Positions 19,786 through 29,990 are shown, numbered from the stretch's first letter. The stretch is DNA of 64,000 nt from Planctomycetota bacterium (GCA_046306195.1 JBKDXO010000126.1:11289-75288); one strand, 5' to 3'. Notes: generated by a model not told the origin, from the letters alone. Translations and numbers: made by a program.

Positions 19786-20799
19786 TTACGGCTTCGGGGC
19801 CATCGCCGTGAACATTTCGCGAGACATTTGGATTGCCGCTGGTCCCACGAGAACAACGAAAACCCCAGGGAAAATGAACATGACCAGAGGGAAAATCAAC
19901 TTGACTGCCGTCTTCGCAGCTTTCTCTTCCGCGAGCTGCTGTCGCTTGATCCGCATCGAATCGCTCTGCACACGCAGGGCTTGGGCGACTCCCGTACCGA
20001 ACTTGTCAGCTTGAATCAGCAGCGATGACAAGGTCCGGAGATCCTCGACGCCGGTCCGGGTTCCCAAGTCCTGAAGTACCGCCTGTCGGGGTCGCCCCAT
20101 TTGAAGCTGCAGCGTGCTGAGTTGCAGTTCTTCAACAAGCGTTGGATAAATCACCTTCATCTCGTCAGACACTTTGCGGATCGCTTGGTCCAAGCCGAGT
20201 CCAGCCTCGACGCTCACAACGAGCAAATCGAGACAGTCGGGTAATGCGAGGATAATTTCCTTTCTCCGTTTGGACCCCAAGAAGCTCAGGATGAATTCAG
20301 GAAGAAAGAATCCGATTCCCAATCCGAGGAAAGCACGAAGGAGAAGGGTTCCTGAAAATCCCGCGGTGAATAGCCCAACACCACCTCCGAGCACGAGACC
20401 GATCAGGGCGACCATGACTTTCATCGCCAAGAAGTAGTTCGGTGCACTCTCGGACCGGAGACCGGCCTCCGATAACCGTTGACGCAGCTTGCCTACTTCT
20501 TCGTTCGTTTTCGGCTGCAAATGCTTCGAAAGAGCGGGAGACGCGGTCTCGAGAATATGGTTGAGGAACTCGGACGTTGCTTCTTTGCGAGACCTCGACT
20601 TGCCGCGGAGCCTGTCGCTCAGCACGTCGAGCCGCATTTCTGCATTGCTTCGCTCGTCTTTCTGAGACATTTCCACCGCGAACCACGCAAGGGCCATGAC
20701 TCCGATGAAAACAGCGGCCATGACCGCATAGTTGGCGAGATTCACAGCCAAAAGGATCGGCTGAAATTGTTCGACTACAAACACGAGTGATGCGTCCAT
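19786..20799 (-). CDS. tadC: Tad/type II secretion F-family platform protein TadC
   Basis: LPDCLDLLVVSVEAGLGLDQA, LIQADKFGTGVAQALR and AEEKAAKTAVKLIFP. Confidence 0.92.
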   Translation of the reverse strand: MDASLVFVVEQFQPILLAVNLANYAVMAAVFIGVMALAWFAVEMSQKDERSNAEMRLDVLSDRLRGKSRSRKEATSEFLNHILETASPALSKHLQPKTNEEVGKLRQRLSEAGLRSESAPNYFLAMKVMVALIGLVLGGGVGLFTAGFSGTLLLRAFLGLGIGFFLPEFILSFLGSKRRKEIILALPDCLDLLVVSVEAGLGLDQAIRKVSDEMKVIYPTLVEELQLSTLQLQMGRPRQAVLQDLGTRTGVEDLRTLSSLLIQADKFGTGVAQALRVQSDSMRIKRQQLAEEKAAKTAVKLIFPLVMFIFPGVFVVLVGPAAIQMSREMFTAMAPKP

Positions 20800-20806
20800 C
20801 CGAGTG

Positions 20807-21766
20807 TCAGACCTTGATATCTATAATCTTTTTGATGGTCCATGCGCCGATCAACTGCAGCACAATTGTTCCTCCGAGCATCCATTTGCCCATTGGATCC
20901 GTGAAAAGCTTCATGACGTAATCCCTGTTCGTGAAGAACATCATGAGAAACAGACCGGGTGGCAACGCCAGAAGGACGATACCAGACAGACGGCCTTCCC
21001 CAGTCAATGCTTGTATCTGCCCCGCCAACCGGAATCTCGCTCGAATCAAATGGCTAATCTTGTCCAAAATCTCAGCGAGGTCGCCCCCAGTTTGACGTTG
21101 CAAAATGACCGCAGTTGCGAAGAACCGCAAGTCGAGGTTGGGAATGCGAGTCGCCATGCTCTCCAACGATTGCTCAAGCGTGACGCCGAGGTTCTGCTCC
21201 TCGAAGCATCGTCCGAATTCCCGCGCCAATGGATTGGCCATTTCCTTTGAAATAAGCCCAAACCCAGCCCCGAGCGAGTGACCGGCTTTCAACGAGCGAC
21301 CAAGCATCTCGAGGGCGTCCGGTAATTGGGCATTAAATCTCGCAATCCGCTTCTTCCCCTTCCACTTCAAATAGAAGATCGGGAGATAGAACATCATGGC
21401 ACCAGCAGCCGGTGCGAAGAACGGCGATATCGGAGCAAGCAAACAAGCGGCGGTGGTGACAGCTCCGAGCCCGACGCAGATCAGCACCAATTTCTCTACC
21501 GAAAGCTTCGAATCCGCCAGCTCCAGAAGACGAGTGATATTGAACTTTTCCGACACCCATTTTCCAAACCCCGACGAGATTGGTTGCAATCCCCCGCGGA
21601 GAATCGTGTTGGAACTGTCGACGCGAGTCGACGTCACGTTGGTTTGCGTCAAAGTCGCCAATCGAGCTTCAACTGCATGGTGCGGTTCGGCTCGTAAAGC
21701 CACCAACGCGGAACCAACCAACGCAGCGACACTCGCGCCAGCAAATAATGCGATTATGATTTCCAT
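20807..21766 (-). CDS. tadB: Tad/type II secretion F-family platform protein TadB
   Basis: QLPDALEMLGRSLKAGHS, QRQTGGDLAEILD and ALTGEGRLSG. Confidence 0.92.
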   Translation of the reverse strand: MEIIIALFAGASVAALVGSALVALRAEPHHAVEARLATLTQTNVTSTRVDSSNTILRGGLQPISSGFGKWVSEKFNITRLLELADSKLSVEKLVLICVGLGAVTTAACLLAPISPFFAPAAGAMMFYLPIFYLKWKGKKRIARFNAQLPDALEMLGRSLKAGHSLGAGFGLISKEMANPLAREFGRCFEEQNLGVTLEQSLESMATRIPNLDLRFFATAVILQRQTGGDLAEILDKISHLIRARFRLAGQIQALTGEGRLSGIVLLALPPGLFLMMFFTNRDYVMKLFTDPMGKWMLGGTIVLQLIGAWTIKKIIDIKV

Positions 21767-21774
21767 GGGTGTGC

Positions 21775-23085
21775 CTAAGCCTTCATCATGATCCGTTGTC
21801 GGAATGCGCTCGAGGGAAGTCGAACTCCTGCGGCCTCAAGCCTTGCCATGAAGCTCGGGCGGACTCCTGTCGCTTCAAAGTAGCCATGAGCTTTACCGTT
21901 CTCGTCAACGCCTTCCTGGATAAATCGGTAGATATCCTGCAGGACAACCGTATCCTGCTCCAATCCTTGCACTTCGGTGATGTTCAAAACCCTACGCGGT
22001 CCACCCTGCAAGCGATTGGCTTGAATGATCAGATCGACAGCGCCGGCGATTTGCTGCCGAATCGCTTTGACTGGCAACTCGAACCCAGCCATCATGACGA
22101 GCGTCTCCAAACGGGCGATCGCATCGCGGGGCGAGTTGGAGTGAATCGTGGTCATCGAGCCATCGTGGCCGGTATTCATGGCTTGAAGCATGTCCAAGGT
22201 CTCCGGACCACGACACTCACCAATAATAATGCGCTCAGGACGCATTCGAAGCGCGTTTCGAACCAAATCCGTGGCGGTAACAGCACCGGAGCCTTCGATG
22301 TTGGCCGGTCGAGTCTCCAAGCGAACCACGTGCTCCTGCTGCAATTGCAGTTCCGCAGCATCTTCGATCGTGATGACGCGCTGGTCGTTCTGGATAAAGC
22401 TACTGAGCGTGTTGAGGAGCGTCGTTTTGCCCGAACCTGTACCTCCGCTGATGATTACATTCAATCGAGCCTTGATACACCCTTCGAGCAACATCACCAT
22501 CTCTGGGGTGAAGGCCTTGAAATTCAGCAGACCTTCCAACGCCAAGGGAGTTGAACCAAATCGACGAATTGAGACGGCGGCTCCGTCCAGAGCGAGCGGA
22601 GGAATAATCGCATTGACGCGGGACCCATCCTCTAGCCGCGCGTCCACCATGGGACATGTTTCGTCGACCCGCCGACCAACGCGCGAGACGATGCGATCGA
22701 TGATCTGCATCAAATGCTTGTTGTCGCGGAATTCAACTTCCGTCTTCTCTAGCCTTCCTCGCCGTTCGACATAAATACTCTTCGGACCATTGATCAAAAT
22801 ATCGCTGATCGAAGCGTCTTTCAAAAGCATTTCCAAGGGACCGAGACCTAGCGTTTCGTCGAGAACCTCTTCGACCAGACGATCGCGCTCAGCCCGGTTT
22901 AGATACGTGTTGTCGCTGTCGCATAGATGCTCGACAACCATACGGATCTCGCGACGGAATGACTCCCCCTTGAGATCGCCAACCCGGGACAAATCCAGCT
23001 TGTCAACGAGCCGCTGATGGATGCGGCGCTTGGTGTTATCGAATTCAGCTTGCTTCGACTGTTCAGTACGCTGTATCAGATTCAC
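21775..23085 (-). CDS. cpaF: CpaF/TadA pilus assembly ATPase
   Basis: ISGGTGSGKTTLLN, ITIEDAAEL, RMRPERIIIGECRG and MNTGHDGSMTTIH. Confidence 0.95.
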   Translation of the reverse strand: MNLIQRTEQSKQAEFDNTKRRIHQRLVDKLDLSRVGDLKGESFRREIRMVVEHLCDSDNTYLNRAERDRLVEEVLDETLGLGPLEMLLKDASISDILINGPKSIYVERRGRLEKTEVEFRDNKHLMQIIDRIVSRVGRRVDETCPMVDARLEDGSRVNAIIPPLALDGAAVSIRRFGSTPLALEGLLNFKAFTPEMVMLLEGCIKARLNVIISGGTGSGKTTLLNTLSSFIQNDQRVITIEDAAELQLQQEHVVRLETRPANIEGSGAVTATDLVRNALRMRPERIIIGECRGPETLDMLQAMNTGHDGSMTTIHSNSPRDAIARLETLVMMAGFELPVKAIRQQIAGAVDLIIQANRLQGGPRRVLNITEVQGLEQDTVVLQDIYRFIQEGVDENGKAHGYFEATGVRPSFMARLEAAGVRLPSSAFRQRIMMKA

Positions 23086-23197
23086 AGAAGCACACCTTTC
23101 CAGGAACGAGAACCTACGACGAGCCCAGTTTTCGATCCACGGACAACCTTACCACGAAAATCGCGTCGTGCGGAAAAGTCTCGCTATTTTCGCGCGA

Positions 23198-23854
23198 TCA
23201 GAGGCTCAACAGCCCCTCGAGCAGGTCGGTCGGATGATCGTAGACCGCGCGAGCACCGCTTTCGAGCAGTTCCTCGCGCGTTCGAAAACCCCATGCCACC
23301 CCCATCGCGAAAAAACCGGCCGCGACCGCAGTTTTCATGTCGGTGTTCGTATCACCCGCATAAGCGATACGATCCGCATCGATTGCCATGGCTCTCGCGA
23401 TCCATAACGCACTGGCAGGGTCAGGCTTCTTCGGAAATCGCTCCGAATGACCAACAACGACCGAAAAGCAAACGGTCGGAAAGAAGTAAGCGACACAACG
23501 CTTGGTAAACGCCTCCGGTTTATTCGACAGGACCGCCATAGGCATCCCTGCTGCAACCAGCGAATTTAAGAGATCCGGGATCCCTTCGTAGGGCTTAGAA
23601 CATTTATTCCAATGTGCTTCGTAATGCCTGACGAAACTGGCTGTGCAAGAGGCATGGAGCAGTTCATCGCGGCTCGTATCCGGCATGATCCTTTCCATCA
23701 GTACACCAACACCGTCGCCAACCAGCGATCGGTACTGGTCCACCGGCAGCGGGTCCCGATGGTTTTCGACCAGGACCGCGTTCGCCGCGTGAGCGATATC
23801 CGCTAGGGAATCGATCAAGGTTCCGTCCAAATCGAAAATAACGGCATCAAACAT
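23198..23854 (-). CDS. HAD-superfamily hydrolase (phosphoglycolate phosphatase-like)
   Basis: FDLDGTLIDS, VLSNK, KKPDP and YAGDTNTD motifs I-IV. Confidence 0.9.
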   Translation of the reverse strand: MFDAVIFDLDGTLIDSLADIAHAANAVLVENHRDPLPVDQYRSLVGDGVGVLMERIMPDTSRDELLHASCTASFVRHYEAHWNKCSKPYEGIPDLLNSLVAAGMPMAVLSNKPEAFTKRCVAYFFPTVCFSVVVGHSERFPKKPDPASALWIARAMAIDADRIAYAGDTNTDMKTAVAAGFFAMGVAWGFRTREELLESGARAVYDHPTDLLEGLLSL

Positions 23855-25115
23855 TCTTCGACTCCGCGTCCCCTGACTCCGCTGACTTCCCCGACTCAGT
23901 TTCCCCGAACTCCTCGTTCTCGACCTCCAATTCATCCGACTCCTCCGTCTCCAGCGTCCATTGCCGAATCACCATCGTGGCGTAGCAACCGCGCGGAAGC
24001 TCAAAACCGAGAACCCAATCGCTGGTTCCAGAAACGTCGTTGCTGGGCTCCCAGCGCCAGCTCAATTCGTTGGGGATCAACCGGATCGCACGCACGCCCT
24101 TCGAGAAAAAGGTATCACGGGGATATTTGAAACGCATCTCCCGCACCGTCATTTCCAAGGTACGCAAGACCTCCTCGAGGGCAGGCAGCGTTCCTTCGGG
24201 CCATGCATGAATCCGCGCCGATGGCAGAGGGATCGAACCGGCTGCCAACTCGCCCCAGACCCGGTCTGCTTTCGTATCCAATCCCTCTGGAACCGCCAAT
24301 TCACCGCACTTCGACGACATCCATCGAACGCGCGATGCTCCGAGCCGATCCACCATCAAACCTGACAGCCAGCGATTCCATACCCAACTTTGAAACGCCG
24401 CTGCATAGATACCCCGCAGATCCTGCCGAACCAATGCCAGAGCGCGCTTAAAATCGTTAGGATGATCGACGAGATACGTTACGATGCTCCGTCGGTGCGA
24501 CCGGTCCAAACGCTCCTTGCAGGCCACCCAGTCTCCCCAACAACGCCTCAGGATCTCTTTTTGCTCCTTCTCGCGAGGTCGATCGTGGGTGTTGGGCTCG
24601 GCGAGCGCGAGATACAACGCTCGTTCATAGTTGCCCTTGCACCACGCAACACCGATCAGCTCGCCGGAGATGCCGATCGATCCAAATCGCTGGTCATCGA
24701 AATAATTGACGATGCCGTGTTGGCTCGCGAGTGAAATGCGAGACTCATATTGGAGTCGCTTCGGTTCAGAAATGGCGCGTAGACGGATCTCAAACCGATT
24801 GCTTCGGATGTCCGAGGCGACAAAGGGCCGGGCAATCTGGCCTTGATATTCCAGGCAAAACGATCGCTCCTCGATGTCGGAACGAGGTCCGTTTTGGATG
24901 CTGACGTACTGGGTCGTCACGGCATGTCGATCCTTCATGCCTCCGTAGGAAATCCTTTGCCTAGGGAGGTTCCAAGTCCGAAGAATCGCCTGGACAGCCT
25001 CGGGGGTTCCCAGCCCTCGCTTGCTCAGACGATACAAAGCGTGCCCACCGCGGCCCATTTGAATATCGCTCAGCTCGTCGACACGAAAGTCTTCCGGTGC
25101 ACTTTTTAGCTTCAT
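23847..25115 (-). CDS. truD: tRNA pseudouridine(13) synthase
   Basis: PEDFRVDE, YGGMKDRHAVTTQ, NYFDDQRFG and FELPRGCYATM. Confidence 0.92.
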   Translation of the reverse strand: MKLKSAPEDFRVDELSDIQMGRGGHALYRLSKRGLGTPEAVQAILRTWNLPRQRISYGGMKDRHAVTTQYVSIQNGPRSDIEERSFCLEYQGQIARPFVASDIRSNRFEIRLRAISEPKRLQYESRISLASQHGIVNYFDDQRFGSIGISGELIGVAWCKGNYERALYLALAEPNTHDRPREKEQKEILRRCWGDWVACKERLDRSHRRSIVTYLVDHPNDFKRALALVRQDLRGIYAAAFQSWVWNRWLSGLMVDRLGASRVRWMSSKCGELAVPEGLDTKADRVWGELAAGSIPLPSARIHAWPEGTLPALEEVLRTLEMTVREMRFKYPRDTFFSKGVRAIRLIPNELSWRWEPSNDVSGTSDWVLGFELPRGCYATMVIRQWTLETEESDELEVENEEFGETESGKSAESGDAESKNV

Positions 25116-25137
25116 CGACTGGTCGACCTTTGCTTGT

Positions 25138-26103
25138 TCAGCCGCGAAGCCCGCAAGCAGTTTGAGCTCGATGCAACACTGCGGAAGCGACTTCCCGAGC
25201 GCGGCGAGCTCCATCCTCCAAGGTCTTTTTCACTGCATCTTGATCCCGGACCAGTTGTTGGCGTTTCTGCCGAAGAGGCTCCAAAAATGCATCCGCGGCC
25301 TCGGCGAGTCGCTTTTTGATTTCTCCGTATCCAAATCCACCCCGCAGATACATCGCCCGCACTTCCTCGCGCTGTTCGGTAGTCGCGAATAACGAATAGA
25401 GTTGATAAAGATGGTCGCTCTCTGGGTCCTTGGCGTCCTCCATGGGACGTGAATCGGTGCTGATGCGCATGATTTTCTTTCGCAATTCCTTGGCATCCTC
25501 GAATAGCGCAAGTGTGTTGTCGTAGCTCTTGCTCATCTTCTGGCCATCGGTCCCAGGGACCTTCGCTGTCTCCTGAAGAACCCGCGCCGACGGCACCACA
25601 AAAGTATCTCGGTAGTGATGGTTAAAGCTGCCCGCCAAATCGCGACAGACCTCGATGTGCTGGATCTGATCCTCGCCTACAGGAACACATTGGGAATCGT
25701 AAGCCAAAATATCCGCGGCCATTAATACCGGATAGGAAAACAACCCCGCGTCCGCCTTGATGCCCCTGGCCATCTTGTCCTTGTACGCGACACAACGCTC
25801 GAGCAAACCCATGGGGGTTCCCGTCATCAATAGCCAGTACAACTCTGATACCTCGGGAACGTGCGATTGAACAAACAAGGTTGCTCGTTGTGGATCCAAG
25901 CCCAAGGCCAGCAAGTCCAGCGCGGCGTCCCATACGTTCGCTTTCAATTGACCGGGATCACGCACGGTGGTCAGGGCATGCAGATCTGCAATAAAGTAAA
26001 AGCCATCGTTCTCTTCCTGCAACTCGATGTACTGCTTGATCGCGCCAAAGTAATTGCCCCAATGAAATCGACCCGTAGGTTGGATGCCACTCAATACTCG
26101 CAT
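25138..26103 (-). CDS. trpS: Tryptophan--tRNA ligase
   Basis: [34 protein letters not shown] and KMSKS. Confidence 0.97.
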   Translation of the reverse strand: MRVLSGIQPTGRFHWGNYFGAIKQYIELQEENDGFYFIADLHALTTVRDPGQLKANVWDAALDLLALGLDPQRATLFVQSHVPEVSELYWLLMTGTPMGLLERCVAYKDKMARGIKADAGLFSYPVLMAADILAYDSQCVPVGEDQIQHIEVCRDLAGSFNHHYRDTFVVPSARVLQETAKVPGTDGQKMSKSYDNTLALFEDAKELRKKIMRISTDSRPMEDAKDPESDHLYQLYSLFATTEQREEVRAMYLRGGFGYGEIKKRLAEAADAFLEPLRQKRQQLVRDQDAVKKTLEDGARRAREVASAVLHRAQTACGLRG

Positions 26104-26118
26104 AATGCCATCGACTGT

Positions 26119-27066
26119 CTAATTGGATTGGATTTGCAACGATCTCACGACGTCTTGGACTCGATCTTTCCCTAGGAATCGAAGCGCCCCGGGGAGCGCA
26201 TTGAGGATCTCCGTCGACACCAAGGGATTGTAGTAGTTTGCTGTTCCGATCTGCACCGCCGAAGCTCCCGCAACCAGAAACTCCATCACGTCATCGATAG
26301 TTGCGATTCCCCCAACACCGACGATCGGAACCTCGCAACTTCGCGCTACCTGGTGCACGCAACGCAGCGCGATGGGCTTGATGGCGGGACCGCTCAGCCC
26401 CCCAACAACAGTCGCCAACATCGGCTTGCGTTTGCGCCAATCGATCGCCATGCCCAACACGGTATTGATGCACGTCACCGCGTCGGTCCCCGCGTCCCAA
26501 GCCGCCTTGGCGATGGAGGAAATGCTGGTCACGTTCGGCGTCAGCTTGGTCAAAATCGGGGCTTCGATCACTTTTCGAACCCCCGACACCACGCGAGCAC
26601 ACGCCGCGGGGTCGGTCCCAAAGTCGATTCCACCGGTGACATTCGGGCACGAGATATTCAACTCTATAGCGAACAATCCCAACGGAGCCAGGCGTTCCGC
26701 GAGATAGACAAAGTCCTCCTCGGACTTCCCAGCAACGCTAACGATAATGTCCGCCGACAACTCTTTCAGATACGGCCAATGGTGGTCAACAAAATAATCG
26801 ATACCGTCGTTGTCGAGTCCGATCGCATTGAGAAGCCCAGCCGATGTCTCGACCGTACGCCATGGGGCATTGCCGGGTCTCGGACTTCGCGTGATCGTCT
26901 TAGGGAGAATTCCTCCAAGGCGAGTCAGGTCTACGATCCCCGACATCTCTTTGGCGTATCCGAAGGTGCCGCTGGCAACAAGGATTGGATTCTTTAAGCG
27001 CAAGCGCCCGAGCTGGACGCTAAGGTCCAGCACCTCTTGCACGTCGGGATGAGGCTGAGAACTCAT
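26119..27066 (-). CDS. pyrD: Dihydroorotate dehydrogenase family 1B catalytic subunit
   Basis: KNPILVASGTFG, ELNISCPNV, KLTPNVT and GGLSGPAIKP. Confidence 0.93.
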   Translation of the reverse strand: MSSQPHPDVQEVLDLSVQLGRLRLKNPILVASGTFGYAKEMSGIVDLTRLGGILPKTITRSPRPGNAPWRTVETSAGLLNAIGLDNDGIDYFVDHHWPYLKELSADIIVSVAGKSEEDFVYLAERLAPLGLFAIELNISCPNVTGGIDFGTDPAACARVVSGVRKVIEAPILTKLTPNVTSISSIAKAAWDAGTDAVTCINTVLGMAIDWRKRKPMLATVVGGLSGPAIKPIALRCVHQVARSCEVPIVGVGGIATIDDVMEFLVAGASAVQIGTANYYNPLVSTEILNALPGALRFLGKDRVQDVVRSLQIQSN

Positions 27067-28223
27067 TGCACCAAATGCGAACCCTTCCCAAGGCGTTTGG
27101 CGATCGCTTCGGCCGGCAACGGAATCACCGTTGCGTTTGCCATCAGGTCGGTGGATAGGATGTCTGCGGGGTCGTCCACTTCATCGGATGCCTGGTATTG
27201 CACGATGTACGCTCCAACCTGAAGGTAGTTTTCGTGGAATACGGGGGGCCAAAAGTCCTCCGCGCGATGGGCGAGGGTGCGAGCCAGCAATCGCGTTGCC
27301 CTGCCAGAGAATCCGCTCAGCACCATGTCGAGGCGACCGAGGGACTCCCTAAAGATATAGAAGACGAGCGCTGCATCCTTCCCTTTCGAAGACCCACCTG
27401 CAAAGGTCCACGTGCCGTCAGCCTGCTCATAATAAAGACCAGGCTCATCGCATTTCTCCGACTTGCTCAAGCACATGCCCGCCGAACAAGCGGGCGGATG
27501 AGGATCACGATCGCGATACCGGAGGAAGAATGGTAGCGAACGATCGCTTGCCCTCTGCACGTTATCTTGCGATGTGAAGGGTTTGCACGAGAAAGCATTC
27601 GCCAACACCAAGTCAACGGCCGGATTACTCTTGACCGACCCCAAGCAGACCAACGCCTTGTCCCCATTGATATCTGAAAAATCCTGGAACACCGTCTCGG
27701 CGCGCAATTGGACTTGATCCTCGCTCATGGTCCCGGGACTCCAGACCAGGGACTGTCTCAAGTGTTCGATGTGCGGAACTTCCTTGCCCCCGCTTCGCTT
27801 CCCGGAAAGGGCCTTGGCGGTTCCCCCCAAGGTCGAAACTCCATTGAGCACTTCCCCCGCAAGCACGCTGTCGGAGGCGACAATCCAGGCCGTGTCGGCG
27901 TTGTCATGATCGGGTGGCTTCCGCACTCCGACGCAAATTTCCAGCCGTGAACGTCGGGCGAGCAGTTCCCAAAAGTTTTCGGGAGTCACCGCAAACAACG
28001 CACCCGGCAATTCTTCAGCGCGAGCGTATCCGTGTTCGATCAAGTAATCGCATAGACGCGACAACGCCTCTAAGGGGATATACTTGGCTTCGTTTTTGAG
28101 CAGAGCAGCTACTTGATGCCGGTCCAGCCCCGTGTACTCGACGATCGCTTTAATCGTGCCGGGACGCTTTTTACGATCCGGAGTGTGGCCGAGCAACTCT
28201 GCGAGTCGAAAGGCATATCGCAT
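27063..28223 (-). CDS. Cro/C1-like HTH protein with large uncharacterised C-terminal domain
   Basis: N-terminal TIKAIVEYTGLDRHQVAALLKNEAKYIPLEALSRLCDYL resembles an XRE/HTH_26 fold. The stop overlaps the pyrD start (ATGA). Confidence 0.7.
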   Translation of the reverse strand: MRYAFRLAELLGHTPDRKKRPGTIKAIVEYTGLDRHQVAALLKNEAKYIPLEALSRLCDYLIEHGYARAEELPGALFAVTPENFWELLARRSRLEICVGVRKPPDHDNADTAWIVASDSVLAGEVLNGVSTLGGTAKALSGKRSGGKEVPHIEHLRQSLVWSPGTMSEDQVQLRAETVFQDFSDINGDKALVCLGSVKSNPAVDLVLANAFSCKPFTSQDNVQRASDRSLPFFLRYRDRDPHPPACSAGMCLSKSEKCDEPGLYYEQADGTWTFAGGSSKGKDAALVFYIFRESLGRLDMVLSGFSGRATRLLARTLAHRAEDFWPPVFHENYLQVGAYIVQYQASDEVDDPADILSTDLMANATVIPLPAEAIAKRLGKGSHLVQ

Positions 28224-28422
28224 GGTGAATTGTCAATCTTGTGGGCCAAAGTAAAAACACGCCTACCGAAGAACCCGTTCTTCAGCCTTGGATACGATAC
28301 CAAAATAGACTCGACCGCCGATCCCGAGATCTTGAATTTTTGAAATGGTTCCGAGTTTTTCCATTTTCTAGAACGGCCTGCCTTTCGCCAAGTTCACGCT
28401 GCGGGCAGAGCGATCTGGGTTC

Positions 28423-28977
28423 TCATCGCGTTTGCGTTTGCGATCTGAGAATGGGAAACCGGAACTCCATCAACGCCCACGAGCCAAACAGGATACCGCA
28501 GTAGGTCAAATCCCCCAACACGGTCCATTGGAAGAAAGGGATCGCCGCCGCATAGCACGCCATAAGCCCCGCAAGACTCTTCTCGTACATCGTCGACGAG
28601 AACCAGACGGCGAGGTTACTAAGGGTGAAAAACATGACCGAAGACGTCAGCGAAAGCCCAATGATCCGCCCCGGTTGCGTTCGATGATCCTTAAACAGTA
28701 GCCCGAGCGCTCCGATCAACATCATCAACAAGTAGATCACCCACATACCTTGATGCATTCCCCATGACTGGGAGTACCCCATTCGGTATGCCGCTTCGAT
28801 CGCCACGTCGGAAACCAACATGGCCACGACTGGGAAAAGCAATGCTGACCAAGCCCGTTGAAACCGCATGGCTCCGAACAATGCCATCGCCGCGATGGGG
28901 GCAAAGTTGGGAGGGTGCGGCACGGCACGGGTCAACGCCGCAATTGCCAAAAAAGTGAGGATGGTTGTGGTTCTCAT
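28423..28977 (-). CDS. DUF6580-like putative transporter (ECF S-component/BtuM-like)
   Basis: PHPPNFAPIAAMALFGA, FFTLSNLAVW and CYAAAIPFF..TVLGDL, with ~6 TM segments in 184 aa. Confidence 0.75.
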   Translation of the reverse strand: MRTTTILTFLAIAALTRAVPHPPNFAPIAAMALFGAMRFQRAWSALLFPVVAMLVSDVAIEAAYRMGYSQSWGMHQGMWVIYLLMMLIGALGLLFKDHRTQPGRIIGLSLTSSVMFFTLSNLAVWFSSTMYEKSLAGLMACYAAAIPFFQWTVLGDLTYCGILFGSWALMEFRFPILRSQTQTR

Positions 28978-28989
28978 ATTCCGTACCTC

Positions 28990-29796
28990 TTAATTGCTGG
29001 TTCTGTAAACTGGTCCCGATACATCATCCCCCCAACTCTTCACGGTCAGGTATCCAATCTTTTGTTTCGCAGCCAAGTCTTTGGCCGATTGAGGCCAATG
29101 CCCCGGCGGAGGAGCGGTGCTCAATCGCATCGACTCCACGTGCCCGTCCAAGAAACATACCATGGCCAACTCACCGGCATGACGGGCATGGGTTCCCGGC
29201 GCGGTGAAGAGTTCGAAGTCGTCCGGACCTTGGATGTAAAAATTTTCGGTCGCTTTCAAGTTCGGATCTCCCGCCCAGGGCAATTGGATTCTGGCGGCGT
29301 CGGAGAACATGATCATCCTGGTGGTGCCGACCTGGGCGAAATCCGCCATGCGGCGTTGAACGACGCGAGGTGCATAGCTGGGAGGAGGATACATCGTGGT
29401 CCCAAGGTTCTGATTGTAGCCATACCCCCCGGTTTCCCCACCATACAACAAGTCGATGCCGGTCATATCCGGGCAGCGGATGATCGCTCCGTTGCGCTCA
29501 TAGAACGGCGCGAGAATCCCGTTCTCTTTCGCCACCAAGTTGGTCGCATAGTCCACTTCACCGAACCATGCCTGCGACTTCGGATACCCGGGAAGGGCGG
29601 CGCACGGGAATTTTCGATGGACATCATGAAACATCATGACCGCAACCCCCAACTGGCGAATGTTGCTAGAACATTCGATGCGACGAGCCGCACCCCGGGC
29701 CGCCTGAACCGCAGGCAACAGCAACCCAACCATGACCGCGATAATCGCGATCACAACCAGCAGTTCAACCAACGTGAACCCTCTTCGATCACTCAT
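28990..29796 (-). CDS. DUF1559 prepilin-type N-terminal cleavage/methylation domain protein
   Basis: RRG|[32 protein letters not shown] at the N-terminus and RH..(x)..FLDGHV at the C-terminus. Confidence 0.92.
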   Translation of the reverse strand: MSDRRGFTLVELLVVIAIIAVMVGLLLPAVQAARGAARRIECSSNIRQLGVAVMMFHDVHRKFPCAALPGYPKSQAWFGEVDYATNLVAKENGILAPFYERNGAIIRCPDMTGIDLLYGGETGGYGYNQNLGTTMYPPPSYAPRVVQRRMADFAQVGTTRMIMFSDAARIQLPWAGDPNLKATENFYIQGPDDFELFTAPGTHARHAGELAMVCFLDGHVESMRLSTAPPPGHWPQSAKDLAAKQKIGYLTVKSWGDDVSGPVYRTSN

Positions 29797-29899
29797 CCGA
29801 CATCATACCTCTTAGCGGGCACAGGAAGCCGTTCGGATGTCCGCTACAACATGCCGGACGGGGCACTAGGACCGTAGTGCCTCGTAAGTTTCACAAGCG

Positions 29900-29990
29900 T
29901 TCAAGAGGTCCGACTTTACGGTGCCGACCGCGTCCAGGTTTTTCACCTGAGTTCCCTTGAAAGCTTCTCGATTCGCTCTGTTTGATTCTC
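29900..29990 (-). promoter_or_regulatory. Probable cobalamin (B12) riboswitch, compact form
   Basis: Minus strand reads ttcAAGGGAActcaGGTGaaaaaCCtggACGcggtcgGCACCGTAAAGTCGGAcctcttgaa. It shows a B12-core-like GGGAA, a T-loop hairpin, AC.G..GC.AC.GT and AAG.C.G elements, with ttcaag/cttgaa closing. It lies in the leader of a vitamin-transporter-like operon. Confidence 0.6.

Noticed and set aside
23017-23508. Plus-strand ORFs 23017-23508 and 23021-23407
   Set aside because: They are antisense overlaps of cpaF and the HAD gene, with no motifs.
23860-23940. Short repeats at the truD 3' end, and the ggcccc repeats near 2278-2298
   Set aside because: They simply encode low-complexity peptide tails (ESG/AES and GPGPGP).
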